Of a stretch of 64,000 nucleotides of DNA, positions 49,150 to 62,245 are shown one piece after another. Location: the NCBI RefSeq assembly GCF_964204645.1, contig NC_134032.1, forward strand, positions 11,644,275-11,708,274, read 5' to 3'. The translations under genes were made by a program, and so were the position numbers. How positions within the stretch are numbered: position 1 is the first letter of the stretch; every line of letters starts with the position of its first letter. A model generated the notes under the pieces. The model had not been told where the DNA came from. It was given only the letters and a program-made list of their open reading frames with translations, and ran no database searches. Source of the stretch: Tubulanus polymorphus. Its lineage: Eukaryota > Animalia > Nemertea.

Positions 49150-52100
49150 TCAGTTGTCGTTGTGGCGATGCTTTTTCTTGTGTTTGTGTTTGCCGTGGTG
49201 GCGATGGCGTCTGCTGCCGCTCGGACTACGCGACCTACGCTCCGAGCGGCGGTCTCGACTACGCGACCTCGAGCGACGACCTCGACTTCGCGACCTCGAG
49301 CGACGATCTCGACTACGTGACCTTGACCTTTTACTGAAAACAAACGGAAATGATTTTCACCACTGATCTAAAAATTCCTGAAAAATCGATCTTCCTTAGA
49401 TAGAAGGAAATTTTGACAATATTTACTTTCTGCTGCTGTGTTTGTGCAACTCTTCACGGTGCCTACGTCTCGCGTCATCCTCCTCTAAGGACTCCGATTT
49501 TACTTCTTCTTTTTCATCGGCAGGTGGCGCCAATATCTCCATTTGATTGGCCAACACTTCACGGATAATCTGTCAAATAGAAGTCGACATAATTACCCTA
49601 AACCTCAACTACCAATTCGAGATCTTCTTCTTGCTACACACTGGTGGAATCTTGTTAACTTCTTGGGCAAAATATCGATTTCCCTGGTCCCCAACTGCAA
49701 CATCAAATCCCCATCCCCACCAGTAAAAGCAGTGTTCCCCATATGAGAAGATAAAGAGTAACGCAGAATGTAGAGTTTCTGATCTGGCAAAACCAATAAA
49801 TTCTCTCCAAAGCACAAGAATGCCAATACCAAGGGAGAAAGAGCAGGATGTTACATAGAACTCAAATCAAAGTTGATTTCTATGGTTATTATTACAATGA
49901 ACTGCAGCGAAAAAAAATATGCAATATATTGTCGGGGGCACAGGATAATCCGAGGCAATTGTCTCTGGTTGAACAGTCTACTGTTGTTAAGAGAAGGCTT
50001 ACCTCGGTGTAAGATTTCTGAGTGATGTGAACGTTTTTTGCACGGTAAGTTTGTCGTCGACGTTTCGAATCTCGTTCCATTTGTCGTTTTTCTGATTCCG
50101 ATTGCGGTTCTGTAACAATTCAATGCGGAGATAAATATAGCAGAATCAAATGATATTGGACCCAGTTGTGACATCCTTGGACAAGAGGTTACTATGCTAG
50201 ACTACGCCTAAACATCAGGACCCAGTTCCACAGTTGTGAGTTAGAGTTAAAATTAGTTCATTTTCAATGAGTTAACTCAGGGTCAAATCTTAACTCCGAA
50301 CTGTGGAACTGGACCCAGGGGCCAGTTGCTCAAAAGTTGGTTAAAGATAACCAGTGGATAAATACCATAGTAACGATGAACTTTCAATTGTCACAATGTC
50401 AACAATCCACTGGTTAACTCGAACCAACCTTTGAGCAACTGGCCCCCGATACTTAAGTTCTTGGTGAAGGGGGATTGAAAATGAAATACCGTAGATCTCC
50501 CCTGCGTACTTTACGACCAAATATTCTTTCAGGATCCAGTTATTACAAAGTTCCAAGTCCAAATCTAACTGCGAGTAAATCGAACACTTGATTCGAACTC
50601 CTGGACCCACAGTTATTGGTTAGTGTCAAATACAGTTTATTTCTAATGTTTTAAATTCAAATCTTAACCGAGAACCGCTTTCGGATTTCATTGCGCACCA
50701 TCAGATTACGTACACTTACCTGTTTGAGTTCGTTTTAAGATCTGTTTCGCCGTCAGCGATAAAGACTCGTCGATTTCAACGCGCGCAATTTTATCCTCGT
50801 ATAACGATAGAACGTATCCATCGATGATCGACTTTTCGGCAGCCGTCAAATTATTCAAATCTACAGAAGGCTCAGCTAGAGAGAGAGAACATTCAATTTG
50901 TCGTCATGAAATATCAGTCAAGGAAGCGACCAGTTTGCAAAAATTGTTAGTTTATCTTGAAAAGTATCCTTTTTAGGACTGCTACATTTAACAACAAAAT
51001 TTCAAAATTCTTGTTATACTGAACCTGTCAGTCAACATTCTTTTCAAATTTTCAAATGAAAGCAAATTCCATATTTCAATTCTTAAAACGTTTGTCACCG
51101 AATTTTAATCTATGTGAATAAAAATTCGCCATTACCTGGAAGTTTTTGATTCTGCCAAGCATCTGATAACAGTTGCCTTATTTTTTCATCATCTGAAAAA
51201 TGAAAATGACTTTGTCTTATACTAATCCAATTGAACTGTGGACCCCAGAGAGTTCCTACAACAATTGCCCTTTCACAAGTCAAGTGCACATTTTTTCTTC
51301 TAAAAAAGATGAAATTTTTTTTGAGAGTGAAATTCAACTCAAAACAGGTACAGAAATGACTCAATCATTTGAAATGATTGAAATGATTGTGAAGTCATTT
51401 TCACACTCAATTTCTTAATGAGTTTATTTGGTCAAATCATTTCGTCAACCAATTTTTTCAGTAACATTTCATTGAAATATGAAAGAAAATGTTCAAATTA
51501 ATCAGTAATCAACAGTAGGACCCTCAGTAACATCTTCCATATTTCTGTACGCATCAAACAAATCAAATCAGTATTTCTCATTATACAATAGTAACAAATA
51601 CTGAAAATCAGGAACAGTTGGCAGCTTTGATCAACCAGGAACTGTTGAAAGACTTTGTTCTTTAATTCTGATTTTACAAAAAATTCTTACCCAACTTTAT
51701 GGAATCGTTCTCGTAATATGGCTGAACTTCTAGTAGTTTTTTCTAAAAAGTTGAAGAATGAAATCTTGTGAAGGCGAGAAAAATTTTTTTTAAATTCTTT
51801 CTTTTGTGTTTTGTATTTACCGCTTCGTCCCTCGTAATTCGAAATTTTTGAACCAACGAACACATATCCGAATGTCGTTCGACCTTGTCGATCGGTATCC
51901 GATTGTGGACGGTTGGATTCACGCGGCAAACCCCCATCTCAACAGCGGGAGTCTGAAAAATAAAACCCACGCAACTCTTCAATATCTTATCAAATTGTGA
52001 ACCAGTTATCACCAGCCGTCCCTCATTTTTAGGGCCTATCAAACTTGATCCTCAAAATTAAGAACATTTTGTACCACACAGTCACAGTCAGACAAATATA

Positions 52101-52374
52101 TATATATATATTTTTGCGACCAACAAAACTTGCGGGGATTTTCGTTTTGATATTTTGGGCCGTAAATCGTATCTAAAAAGACTTCTTTTTTGACCAGAGA
52201 GACTTCGCTTACATTTTCGATCAAATCCTGTGTCAAATTGAGACGTTTAGAAATAGCCTCAAGTTTTTCTCGAGTTGACACAATGAATTCTGACAATTCT
52301 GAAATCATTGTTTCCCTTTTCCCGGCGAGATTTCCTGAAATATCAGAGTTTTCTGGCGAACTTGTTTCTTGCAT
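49150..52374 (-). CDS. SNRNP48: U11/U12 snRNP 48 kDa protein; exons approx. 52374-52213, 51952-51821, 51723-51691, 50876-50720, 50579-50454, 50109-50003, 49567-49427, 49333-49150
   Basis: CHHC zinc finger (CRVNPTVH...H...C), conserved RDSKRRRQTYRAKNVHITQKSYTE motif, RS-rich C-terminus ending HRHNDN* (TGA at 49152-49150). Internal exon limits are approximate. Confidence 0.88.
50218..50450. repeat. Tandem short palindromic MITEs (GG.CCAGTT...AACTGG.CC family); relatives near 11300-11430, 39664-39875, 53580-53690, 61015-61148
   Basis: ggacccagttccacagtt...aactgtggaactggaccc and ggggccagttgctcaaa...tttgagcaactggcccc. Confidence 0.7.
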
Positions 52375-53200
52375 TTTGCTTTTTCGGCCTGGGAGGGACA
52401 ACCGTTAAATATGGAAAGCTGCTTCAACCCGGCTCGCATGCCACAGTAAGAGTATCAACCTGTGGCATGTGATCAATAGATTAGTTCATTTATTTACCGC
52501 CAATGGTTTATATAGGAGCAGCACGTAACGGTTCACTATAAAGGCAGCTGCTACCGCGATAAAAAAACATAATTGATTCACAACTATACTTGATTTTCGA
52601 ATTTCAGACTCAGAAACCCTTGTTTCGCTCCCGGCAGGTGTGATGGGCTGTAGGGGTCACAAAATTAAAACGAATCAAACGAAATCTACCAATCGAAAAT
52701 AGATGCGAAAAGGGTAACAACTTACATTTGTGCATCTCGACTCTCATTTGGTCGTCGAATATTCCATAAAAGCCATTTAAACAAACTAAAAGGTTTGAGT
52801 AGACCCGGATAGACGTATTATCGAGTTTATACGTCCATGAGCAGACCAAGTAATTCGGTGGTCATTAACTTGTCTGAGGTTTAGTTTCACGAACGGATAT
52901 TTTCCCCGGGCACAACTCGTTCGATTATGATAGCTTAGCATCAACGAACGATAAGATAACTAACTAGTAATTTGGTTACCTAATTACTTGTTAGTTACTA
53001 GTAATTTGGTAGCCCTACAAAAACTAAAAAAAGGACCATTTACAGGTCACACTTTATGTTTATACGGGTGTCCCACTGTCAGTGCGTCCTGGAATAAAGG
53101 AATTTCTAGATCGATTTTACCACGTAATGGAAGATGCAACGAATTGAAACAAAAGAAAAACGCTACACGCTTGAAATGACGACATGAGATACAGAGAAAC

Positions 53201-53475
53201 GGAAATACCCAATTAACGAAGCAATGGGGAGTGTAGAGCCACACTCTATAGTGGGAAAATGATTCAAACCGTCTACGCGAACTGAGTGATGATAAAACAC
53301 CTGCCCGTCGAGAATTTTTGATTCAAATGTTTTTGTCTATGTTGGTCGACTCGAAAATACCCAATTCAAAACAACGGGGGGTAAAATAGCCACATTCAGA
53401 CGTGGAGAAAAGTGATTAAAACCTACAAATCGAGACAAAACACCTGCCCTTCGTCGTGACTTCTTGATTCATATA
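53201..53475. repeat. Diverged direct repeat of about 150 bp x2
   Basis: aaatacccaatt...agccaca...aaaacacctgccc...ttgattca occurs at about 53203 and 53356. Confidence 0.7.
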
Positions 53476-56400
53476 ATGTGTACGTTTCTCTTCAGAATGT
53501 GTTTTTCTGATAGAGGAACAGTTTTAGCAACCCATTCATTCACATTTTCTGTGACTATCTCGCAATGAAATTTCAACAGGATACAGTTCCACGGTTAAAT
53601 TTGGAATCTTGAGCTAAAACATTGAAAATGAACTGGTTAGAACTCAGGGCGTTAACTCTAACTCACATCTGTGGAACGTCGGGCCCCTGATTTTCGGTAT
53701 TCTTATTGCGTCGCTCTTTGTCTCTATAGTCTATTCTGTCCAAGAAGCCACAGCAGCCTCACGAAGTTACAAAAATTTCATTCTAACAACGAAAAAGTCA
53801 TAATTCTAACAAAGAAGAACAAAGCTAATTTTGCCGGTGATCAAAACCGTCTCTCTTTCTCTCTCTAAAACAAACTGGGACAAAGAAAGCTAAATTCGAT
53901 ATCGTCTGCTCCCGGGCTGGATACAAAGAACATCCAACACGCGGGAACATGTAGCATATTGACGCGCGTACACAAACTCTGACTCAAACTTCCAGACCTT
54001 TTAAAACAAAGACCTTTGTGCGTGTCCATATTTCACAATAACACAAAGAAAAGTTCACATGTAACTAAACTGTCCGTTCGCCGCCTCCTGTGTAAAAAGT
54101 TCATCATCTGTGAAACAAAGAGCGCCGCTTACCTGCGCGGTCTGCAAAAGGATAAATAATTACCGGCTTTTACCTCGATGTTGCCGGAATAAAAAAGTGA
54201 TCAATTCGCAAGTTGTATATTTAACTATTTTTTCTCACGTTTGGTACGGAAAACAGGCGTAATTAATTACTTTCTCAAATAATCGGTTGAAAGTTAGGAA
54301 AGAATGATTTCAACGGTTTCAATTTTTGGGATGGTTTGGGTGACTTTTTTTCGTTTTAGAATTCGTTGGTCCCAGCGAGTTGGTCTGGTTCGAGAGGGCA
54401 CTCTTCATAAGTGTTTTGATAATCCAGACAACTGGCATGGATACCGTCGTAACAATACCGAACATCATAAAATTGTTATCTAACTGTGAACAAACTTTCA
54501 AACTCCGTTTAGAACTGAATAGATAGTTTATAAATAAAATGAAGTTTCTATCTGCGAACTTTGTTTCCATGTCGACATCATCGACACGAATTCGATTTAT
54601 GTAAAAGAATGCCGGTTAATAACAAAGGCAGACGTTATCACCGGGCGCCTCCATCAGCGTCAACAAAGATGTTCAAGGTACCACGTGTATTTTCCATCCT
54701 GTCCTTTGTCCGTGGCGCGACGTCTGACACGTGCATCCGACTCGCGCGCGTGTCCAATTTTTATGAATGAACCACGATTTCCCGCTTCCTACGAAGCCAA
54801 TAGCAATACGGAGAGTGCTTAAAGCCGATTGGCTGAGCGGGCGGCACTTCATTTGTTTACAATAGCCGTATATGGCACACGCGTGTAATCACTGAGGAAT
54901 TCCAGTGACGTATATCATGCGTCATCATGTCGGTGGGTAGCTGATAAATTGAAACCCGCACCACTGAAGCGCTGATCCCAATTCAGTGTGTATTTTAGAT
55001 GACGCAATATAAAAAGCCACCGGTATAGTTTCCTTTTTTTGGAAAATCCAGACTGTTGACAGGATGAATTAGCGTTGCGCAAAAATAATCAATAGTTAAG
55101 TAGAGCTTTATATAGAAAATTGAATAACATTGCAGAATGGTTCACACCACCCCAATTGCAAAAATCGTGCCCTGCCCCTAGGCCTGTGCTTTTCACTTCT
55201 TATTTCGTTAGTCTTAATTGAATGCGCTGGAATGTGTAACCAATTCCAACTACAGAGTCACGCGCACAGACATATTTTAGTGAACATGCAGAGACAAAAA
55301 GCCGTGGGAACCGTGACCTTCCACCGCTGCGACTGGATTAGTACAAGCCTAAAAATTAGTAGTTTGCTCTGGATTTGAGCGACATATTTAATATGGATCG
55401 TTAAAAAGCAGAATAATTTATAGCCATATTGTCCGCCATAATTATAAACGACGCAATAACGCGCAGCGCTGCTCAGATCGAAGTCGCGCTGTGAACTCTT
55501 CGGCAGATAAGATTAGGGCGAATTGCGCATCTTTTCCAAACGGCGTCCTAGATATATCGAATTTGACCGACTTATTACACGTAACTTCGCATAAAACTTT
55601 GAATTTCAGGTACTGGAATTTTATTCTACTAATCCCGTAATTTTTCAGTCTCGTCACGTCCATTGCGTGCTCGAACAACGAATAATCATCGTTTCGCTTG
55701 AAAATTTCCCGTTTTACTTCGCGTTCATTCACCGATGACGCAATACCCAAACGGTTTTACGCTCATATTCACGCGCCACGGAAAATATCAACTGAGCACC
55801 CAACGAAATGCAAACATAAATTACCAAATGCTTCCAATACTAAAATTCTAGCTTTAATTTCTCGAAAAACTTTCGATGATTAGAGTTTAGATATGTCAGT
55901 GAAATCAAAAAATATTTTTAAACGACGAACTGCGAAATTTGTGATTCGCCCGTCGCGTATTAATCTCTCACTGTGGGTAATCCGGAAATGAATTGAATTG
56001 AATTGGTTTTTATTGACGACCTAGCTCTCCGCTTACGATTTCACACGTCATAGAAATTACACACGATGATGACGGTGAGTTGGAATGGTTCCGTTGCTAG
56101 AGCTGGTGGATTTTAAGAGCAGGGCGGCTAGCTGAGGTGGACAGGAGGCCCTTCCCGGTGAAGTCAGCAGTGTGTGGATAAGCTCGAAACGGTTTTCATT
56201 TTTTTTTGTTGGGACAGAGGATTTAGGCGGTCAGTTACTTTGTGTAGCCGTCGACCTGTAGTAAAAACTCTTCAGTTTTTTTCAGGATTAAGTAATTCGT
56301 AACTGAAAAATTATTCATCACCTGTGACCTGGTGCAATCGTGTTTCATCATTCGATGTTAATATTTTTGATTTATTAGCCCCGCATTTCATCATTTTCTC

Positions 56401-56731
56401 CGTGTAGAAAACTAGGAGATTGACTGATTTTTTTGGGCGATTTGAAATCGACAAATTTCTTCGTGGAATTCGCGACTGTTAGAAGAAAAGCTGGGCTTTC
56501 TCGTATTAGTATTTTGAAGGAACGATTGAAAAGCTGGAATCCTCGGATTAATCGTTGAGGATATGAGTATTTAGAGGAGCTGAAAAAATCTTTTGTATTT
56601 ATTTATCTGTGATAACCCTTACTACAAAACCTGCCATTTATTTTATTCCGTGGGGAATAAGATAAAACGAAATAAACAAAAAAAAAAACAAACGGACTCA
56701 AGGACTCGCGACGAATTCGTAATCCGCGTAA

Positions 56732-59700
56732 ATGAATATCCCGAGACCTCGACCGCGGCCGTTAGTGATACCTTCGCCGCAGCAAAATGGCCCCCATCAT
56801 CGTAAGCAAGTCGAAACGGACCAGCAATCGGCGAATTTCGGTAATCTAAGTCCGGACTTACAACCGAATAGTCCGCCGGCGTTTCCCGTCGAAGATCCAG
56901 CCCGGACCGTGCTAAAAATCGGGCGGTATTTGTTACAAAAACAATACGACGGAACGAATTCGTACACAGCTGTGAATATCGAAACACAACTGGAATACGT
57001 CTGCAAGGTACGTTTAAAAACATTTTTTCTTTTTTTTTTAGGGACAAACTTTTTCGCAAAAGAACTGATTAAGGTTGTGTCTTTTGTTTGAATGCTGTTC
57101 AACTAGAAATTATGAATTATGGTCTTTTCGATGGTCATTACATTGCATAAGGTCTAATAATCATTCTAGCTTTGAAGTGGGACCTCGTTTTTGGCTGAGT
57201 TCCATGGACGATTGTTACCTGTCGTTACGAAACCAGGTCCAGGTTAAGGATCTATCCTGCTAACAGATTACCAGTCTCATTTTTTAGGCCTAAACCTTTA
57301 CTTCAAAACTCTTTATGTAACATCGATATGTGAAAATAGGTTCAGGTTAAATATTCAAAACTCGGGGGGGGGGATTATTCAAGCACCCTTTAGGCTATAG
57401 GGGTATGAAAACTGGTGTCATCTTTGAGCCATGGTCGATTACGTAACTGATCCTACCCCGAGCCCAGACCTATAAAACCCACACACAAATTTTTTAAACG
57501 AGCGTGAATTTACATTACGGTGTGTTGTAATCCTATCGAAACCATATGTCGCTATAGCAATCATCATCGCTGATGAAACGATGACTAATCGAGATAATTC
57601 ATCATCAAATTTAAATCTTTCTGAATAACCTACGCAGCCAGAACTTACGCAATCCAGCGTTTAAAATCCTCAATTTTTTTTTCATCGTACATTTCCGTGA
57701 TTTCTGGAACATTTCCGAAAAATTCACAACGACGCGTAATAAAATTGCTGAGTTGTGATGTTAAATGGTTTTTTTAAAAATATTAAACGGCGTCGTTGTA
57801 CTGTGAAGTACCTCGATATCATCGGTTTTCTGGTTATTTTTAGCGCGATTGTAAATCTGGCAACTCCCTTTTCTTCGTCAGCAGATGCTCTTTGTTTTAT
57901 CATCTGTCATCGTCGTCATTGTCGTCGAAACCGTTGCCAATAGATACTTATTTAAATCTTATATATGTACTAGAGTTGTACTGTCACACCTAAATATTTC
58001 TTGAAGACTTGTTGGTTTCTATAGACGGAATTGACTAGAGATTTGATTCGGTCGAAGAAAATCCATACAATATTATGAAGGAAAACTATGAATGTAGTGA
58101 TGACGTTCTGACCAAATTCAATGAACGATTTACAAAAAGAAAATTTTCGTTGTTTTTTTCTTCGTGATTTTATGTCGTATTCCCGAATTCTTAAGACTTT
58201 TTGTTCGACATGAAATTCGGCTCGGTTAAACGACAAATTGATTGAAATTGTGGTTTTTTTTTAAATATCAACGTAATTTTAACATACCTTCACCCTTTTC
58301 CGATCATCGTAGACTTAAGATAAAGCTTAAAAACCATGAAACTGGACCCTGGGGGCAGCGTGTGCCACGTGCGCAGATATTTTATACTTACACTTATTAC
58401 TTGTTTAGCTGATAAGGCGGGTCTTATCACTTTTCGGCAAATAAAAAGGCGATTCCCTGTTCCAAGGGTTGGGGAACGTTTTTCAAATCTGTTTTCGAAA
58501 TAGTGTCAAAGAATGTATTATGTGCCCCATTTCTATACTAGATTGACTCAGTGTCTCAAGAGGCGCACTGAAATTATGCACTTAGCCTACCTGAAAATCA
58601 GGAAAAAGTCTGTGGATTTTCTTTTCTTTAAAAAAGTCGGGGAATTTTGTTTAAAAAAAAAAATGAAAAACAGGATATTTATTGACATTGTTAGATCAGG
58701 CATAAAATCAAACAGTTTCCGTCTATGTCTTACATGTTTGACTGCGTTAATTGATTGAATTCTTAGCAGATCAAGTCAGGGAAAACAGTTTATAAGTCAG
58801 GGAATAGTCGGGCGGCAAGTCAAGGAAAGAAACGAGTCAAATTTAAGCCTAAAGTGGCCTGCCCTGTTATGACTATGTCATTCGTCATTACACGTACCAC
58901 ATGTGTTAGTAAAACGGATAAGTTCGGGCAGAATGGAAATTCCCAGTTTATGCCCGAACAAGAGATCTTACTGAAAATGAGTCAAACCAAATAAAAAGCG
59001 TGAACTCAAATTTCGAATTCCCCGGACCTGTTTTGAGTCATAATGCGTAGTTACGCCGTAGCCCGGCCGGCGAGTAGTATATTGAATAATAAATTAAAAA
59101 GTGGTTTTTGTTTGTTGTTATCAGAAGTTTTTTCATTATTCATTCATTTGAGATTTGTGAATTTCTTTTTGTGTTTCTGATCCGGGCCCGGGTTGAGTCA
59201 TGATTCTGTCTGGTGTGTGCCGCCATGCAGGTAGTAGTTCAGTACTACTGTATAATCTGTATTGTACTGTGTGACTATGCCGAGTCCATTGACAAAGCCT
59301 TAGTTACCATTGACACAAATTCCGGAACCCACCCAGAATGTGTGCACCCGTAACAAACAATGCGACTTGTCGGTAACTGTTGATCACCACGGCGACCTGG
59401 TGGCCTCTGTGAGTGAGGCATGGTTGCTTTCCCTATAGATACACGAATCTGACGTTCCTCCCACCCTGACCTGACCCTGTCCAGTTATCTAGATACATGT
59501 TTATTGCTATTGTAAACTAAGATCTATAGTTGCAACTTTTTTTTGATAGTAGAAGTTCGTCTTAGTTACTAATCATAATTTTATTGAATCACTGAAGTTG
59601 AGAATGAGGTAGTCACTAGTTAGTAATCATAATTTTACTGACGCGCTGAAGTCATTGAGAATGAGAAAATCGTCACTGTGACTTAATCTGAATCCTTGAG

Positions 59701-60915
59701 GTCATTGAGAATAAGACAATAATAAGATTATTCGGCATGTATGAATCTGTAGGTCCTGGAACCAACCCCTTCAGACATTCACTACCCACTACTGTATTAA
59801 CTACGATAGTGACATTTGGACGATCAGTTTTTGAAAGTGAGCTGGTGTCTAATGTCTGGCAGTCGGTCAGTTAGTCGGTCAGCCCGGCACGGTTCTAAGT
59901 CAAGATTTGAAAAATGAACTGATTTTAGCTCTGTACTCACAACTGTTGAACTTGATCGTGGGGTGTTATTTTTCAATGATGCAGTGAAGTCTAGATTACG
60001 ATCGAAACCAGTAAAACTTGTCGACGTTTAGTTTAGTACTCGATCAGATGTTGTTATTTTCAATCGATCGTCAAATGTTCAGTTCAGTCTTCAGGCTTCT
60101 CGTTGAAAAGTCGGTTAAGTATCGTTTAAAAATTCCCGATGGTATTGTGAAATCGAACAGATTTTCCCTCGTATCGTCGGGACTCGGTGTTCTCCACAAC
60201 AGCCGCCTCTTTCATTTTTCACATCCACCCCTTATAAAATACCTTCTGTCCCAACCAAAGTGGATATCGATATTCTATCAATGCTGGTAATTACTTTGAA
60301 ATATATTGAGCTAATGTGAAAAAAGAAGATTTCACCAAAATTAAGCTTATATTTTCTGTATTTTTAGTGGGGGGTCGAAAGCCTTGCTATCCTTCAGCAG
60401 CCACGATATGTCATACACTGAACAATGAATGCAGCGCCTTTAAAATTCCAGCATATGAAATAGGTCCCTATGACTCCTTGATTCCTTGAAAACTTCTAAG
60501 ACCTTCTCACTGGAATGATGTAGTGATCGAAGAGGGTTATACAGGGACGGGGCAAGTTTGACACCCCCCCCCCCAAAAAAAAGTTCGCAACAAGATTTAT
60601 TAATGTTTTGTGCGTTTTGCAGGTGATAAGCGTTGAACGATATCGCGATGTGTTGTCGGCGTACTGGCGCATCGACTACCACGACAACATCAACGACATC
60701 GTCGAGATCATCGTCGGCGAGACGAACGCGTACGTCGTGTTCGAGCGGTCGTACGGCGACCTGCACTCGTACGTGCGCGACCGGCGTCGGCTGAAAGAGG
60801 ACGAGGTCAGTCGGCTGTTCGGTCAGATCGCCGCGGCGGTCGCGTGCTGCCACGACAACGGCATCGTGCTGCGCGATTTGAAACTCAGGAAATTCGTCTT
60901 CAAAGATAAGGAAAA
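56732..60915 (+). CDS. TRIB2: Tribbles pseudokinase, exons 56732-57007 and 60623-60915 (3' exons beyond the window)
   Basis: IGRYLL...CK|VI...FERSYGDLHSYVRDRRRLKEDE...CHDNGIVLRDLKLRKFVFKD, the diagnostic Tribbles LRDLKLRKFVF motif; phase-0 GT-AG junction. Confidence 0.93.
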
Positions 60916-61189
60916 GTAAGTTTCACGAATTTTGTTAATTCTGCCCTAAATCCCCACCGCCCCATTTTGACCCCGGGATCGAAGGAGCCAGAGTTGTCGC
61001 TCTCTATTTCAGGTTCTGGGGTCAGTTGCTCAAAACTTGGTTAGAGTTAGTTGGTGGACATATTCTATTGTTACAATGCAATTTCAGTTGTTACTGTGTC
61101 AACTATCCGCTGGTAAACTTAAACCTATTTTCGAGCAACTGAACTCTGGTCTTTCAGTCCATGGTTCATAGGTTTGGATCCTGGTTGTG

Positions 61190-61316
61190 ATGGTCTTTCA
61201 TTGTTCTCTCATCAATCCAGGGTTGATGTGTTTGAATCCTGATGGTAGCAGTCAGTCAGTCTTTCACTGGTCTCTCATCAATCCAGGGTTCATGCGTTTG
61301 AATCCTGATGGTAGCA
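61190..61316. repeat. Approximately 66-bp tandem duplication
   Basis: gtctttca.tg.tctctcatcaatccagggtt.atg.gtttgaatcctgatggtagca twice. Confidence 0.85.
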
Positions 61317-61829
61317 CAGTTCCTTCACCGGCAGCCTCGCCTCTACCCCAGGAGAGGAGAGTTAACCGACACAAACGTCATCGATAAAAAACTGATTTTA
61401 ACTCTGCATACTGACACACAACTGTTGTACCTGATCGTAGGGTTTTATATTCAACGCTGTTAAGTGCGATCAAAACCAGTAAAACGAAGCCGTTTATTAT
61501 CCAATCATTCAATCAGTTCGGCCTCGTCCTCATTCGTACTTCAGATCAGATGGTTTTTTTTCCCAATCGATTATCAAAGGTTCACAGTTCAGTCGGTCGG
61601 CTTCTCATCGAAAAGTCGGTCGAGTATTATTTAAAAACCTCTCTGATGATATTGTGAAATATATCGGTTTTTCCTCTCGTATGGATGGGACTATGTATGT
61701 AATCAGGATGGGGGGTTAGATAAATAAATAGCTTGTGTCTGTAGATATAAATAGATGTTTATGTTGTAAAAATGAGGAAGTTGATTATTATATGACTCAA
61801 TATTTATAGAATGAGTTTGAAGGGATTAA

Positions 61830-62245
61830 TGGAGGGGAGAGGTGAGAGCAGGGAATCATAGTGATAGTGTCGAGGGAGAAAAGGGGAGGATGGGCAGGAG
61901 GAAATCATGGTGATAGGACTCGAGGGGCTGAGGGAGGAAGGTACATATTGACAGGAAGAGAGGAAGAGCTGGGAATGGTAGTGATGATGGGAGAGCAGGA
62001 AGAGAAGGAGAATGAGAGGGAGAGCGGTGAATAGTTATGATAGAAGAGAAGATGAAAAGGATAATGAGAGCGGGATAGCAGATATAGGAGGGAGGAGGAA
62101 GAGAAGGAGAATGGGAGGGAGGGCGGTGAATAGCAGTGATAGAAGAGAGGATGAAAAGGAGAATGAGAGCGGGGAATGGCAGAGAGAGGAGGAAGAGAAG
62201 GAGAATGGGATGGAGAGCGGGGAATAGCAGTTATGGGAGAGAGAG
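61830..62245. repeat. Purine-rich (GA) low-complexity minisatellite-like tract
   Basis: Repeating ggaggaagagaaggagaatg / aatagcagtgatag units. Confidence 0.8.

Noticed and set aside
49071-49343. ORF MFSVKGQGH... as the SNRNP48 last exon
   Set aside because: Wrong frame; splicing gives the RS-rich frame ending at 49150.
50950-50975. gtatcctttt resembling a U12-type 5' splice site / USSE in SNRNP48
   Set aside because: It is on the plus strand while the gene is on the minus strand; I found no tandem copy in the sense orientation.
62012-62227. Charged 71-aa ORF
   Set aside because: Translation of purine-rich low-complexity sequence.
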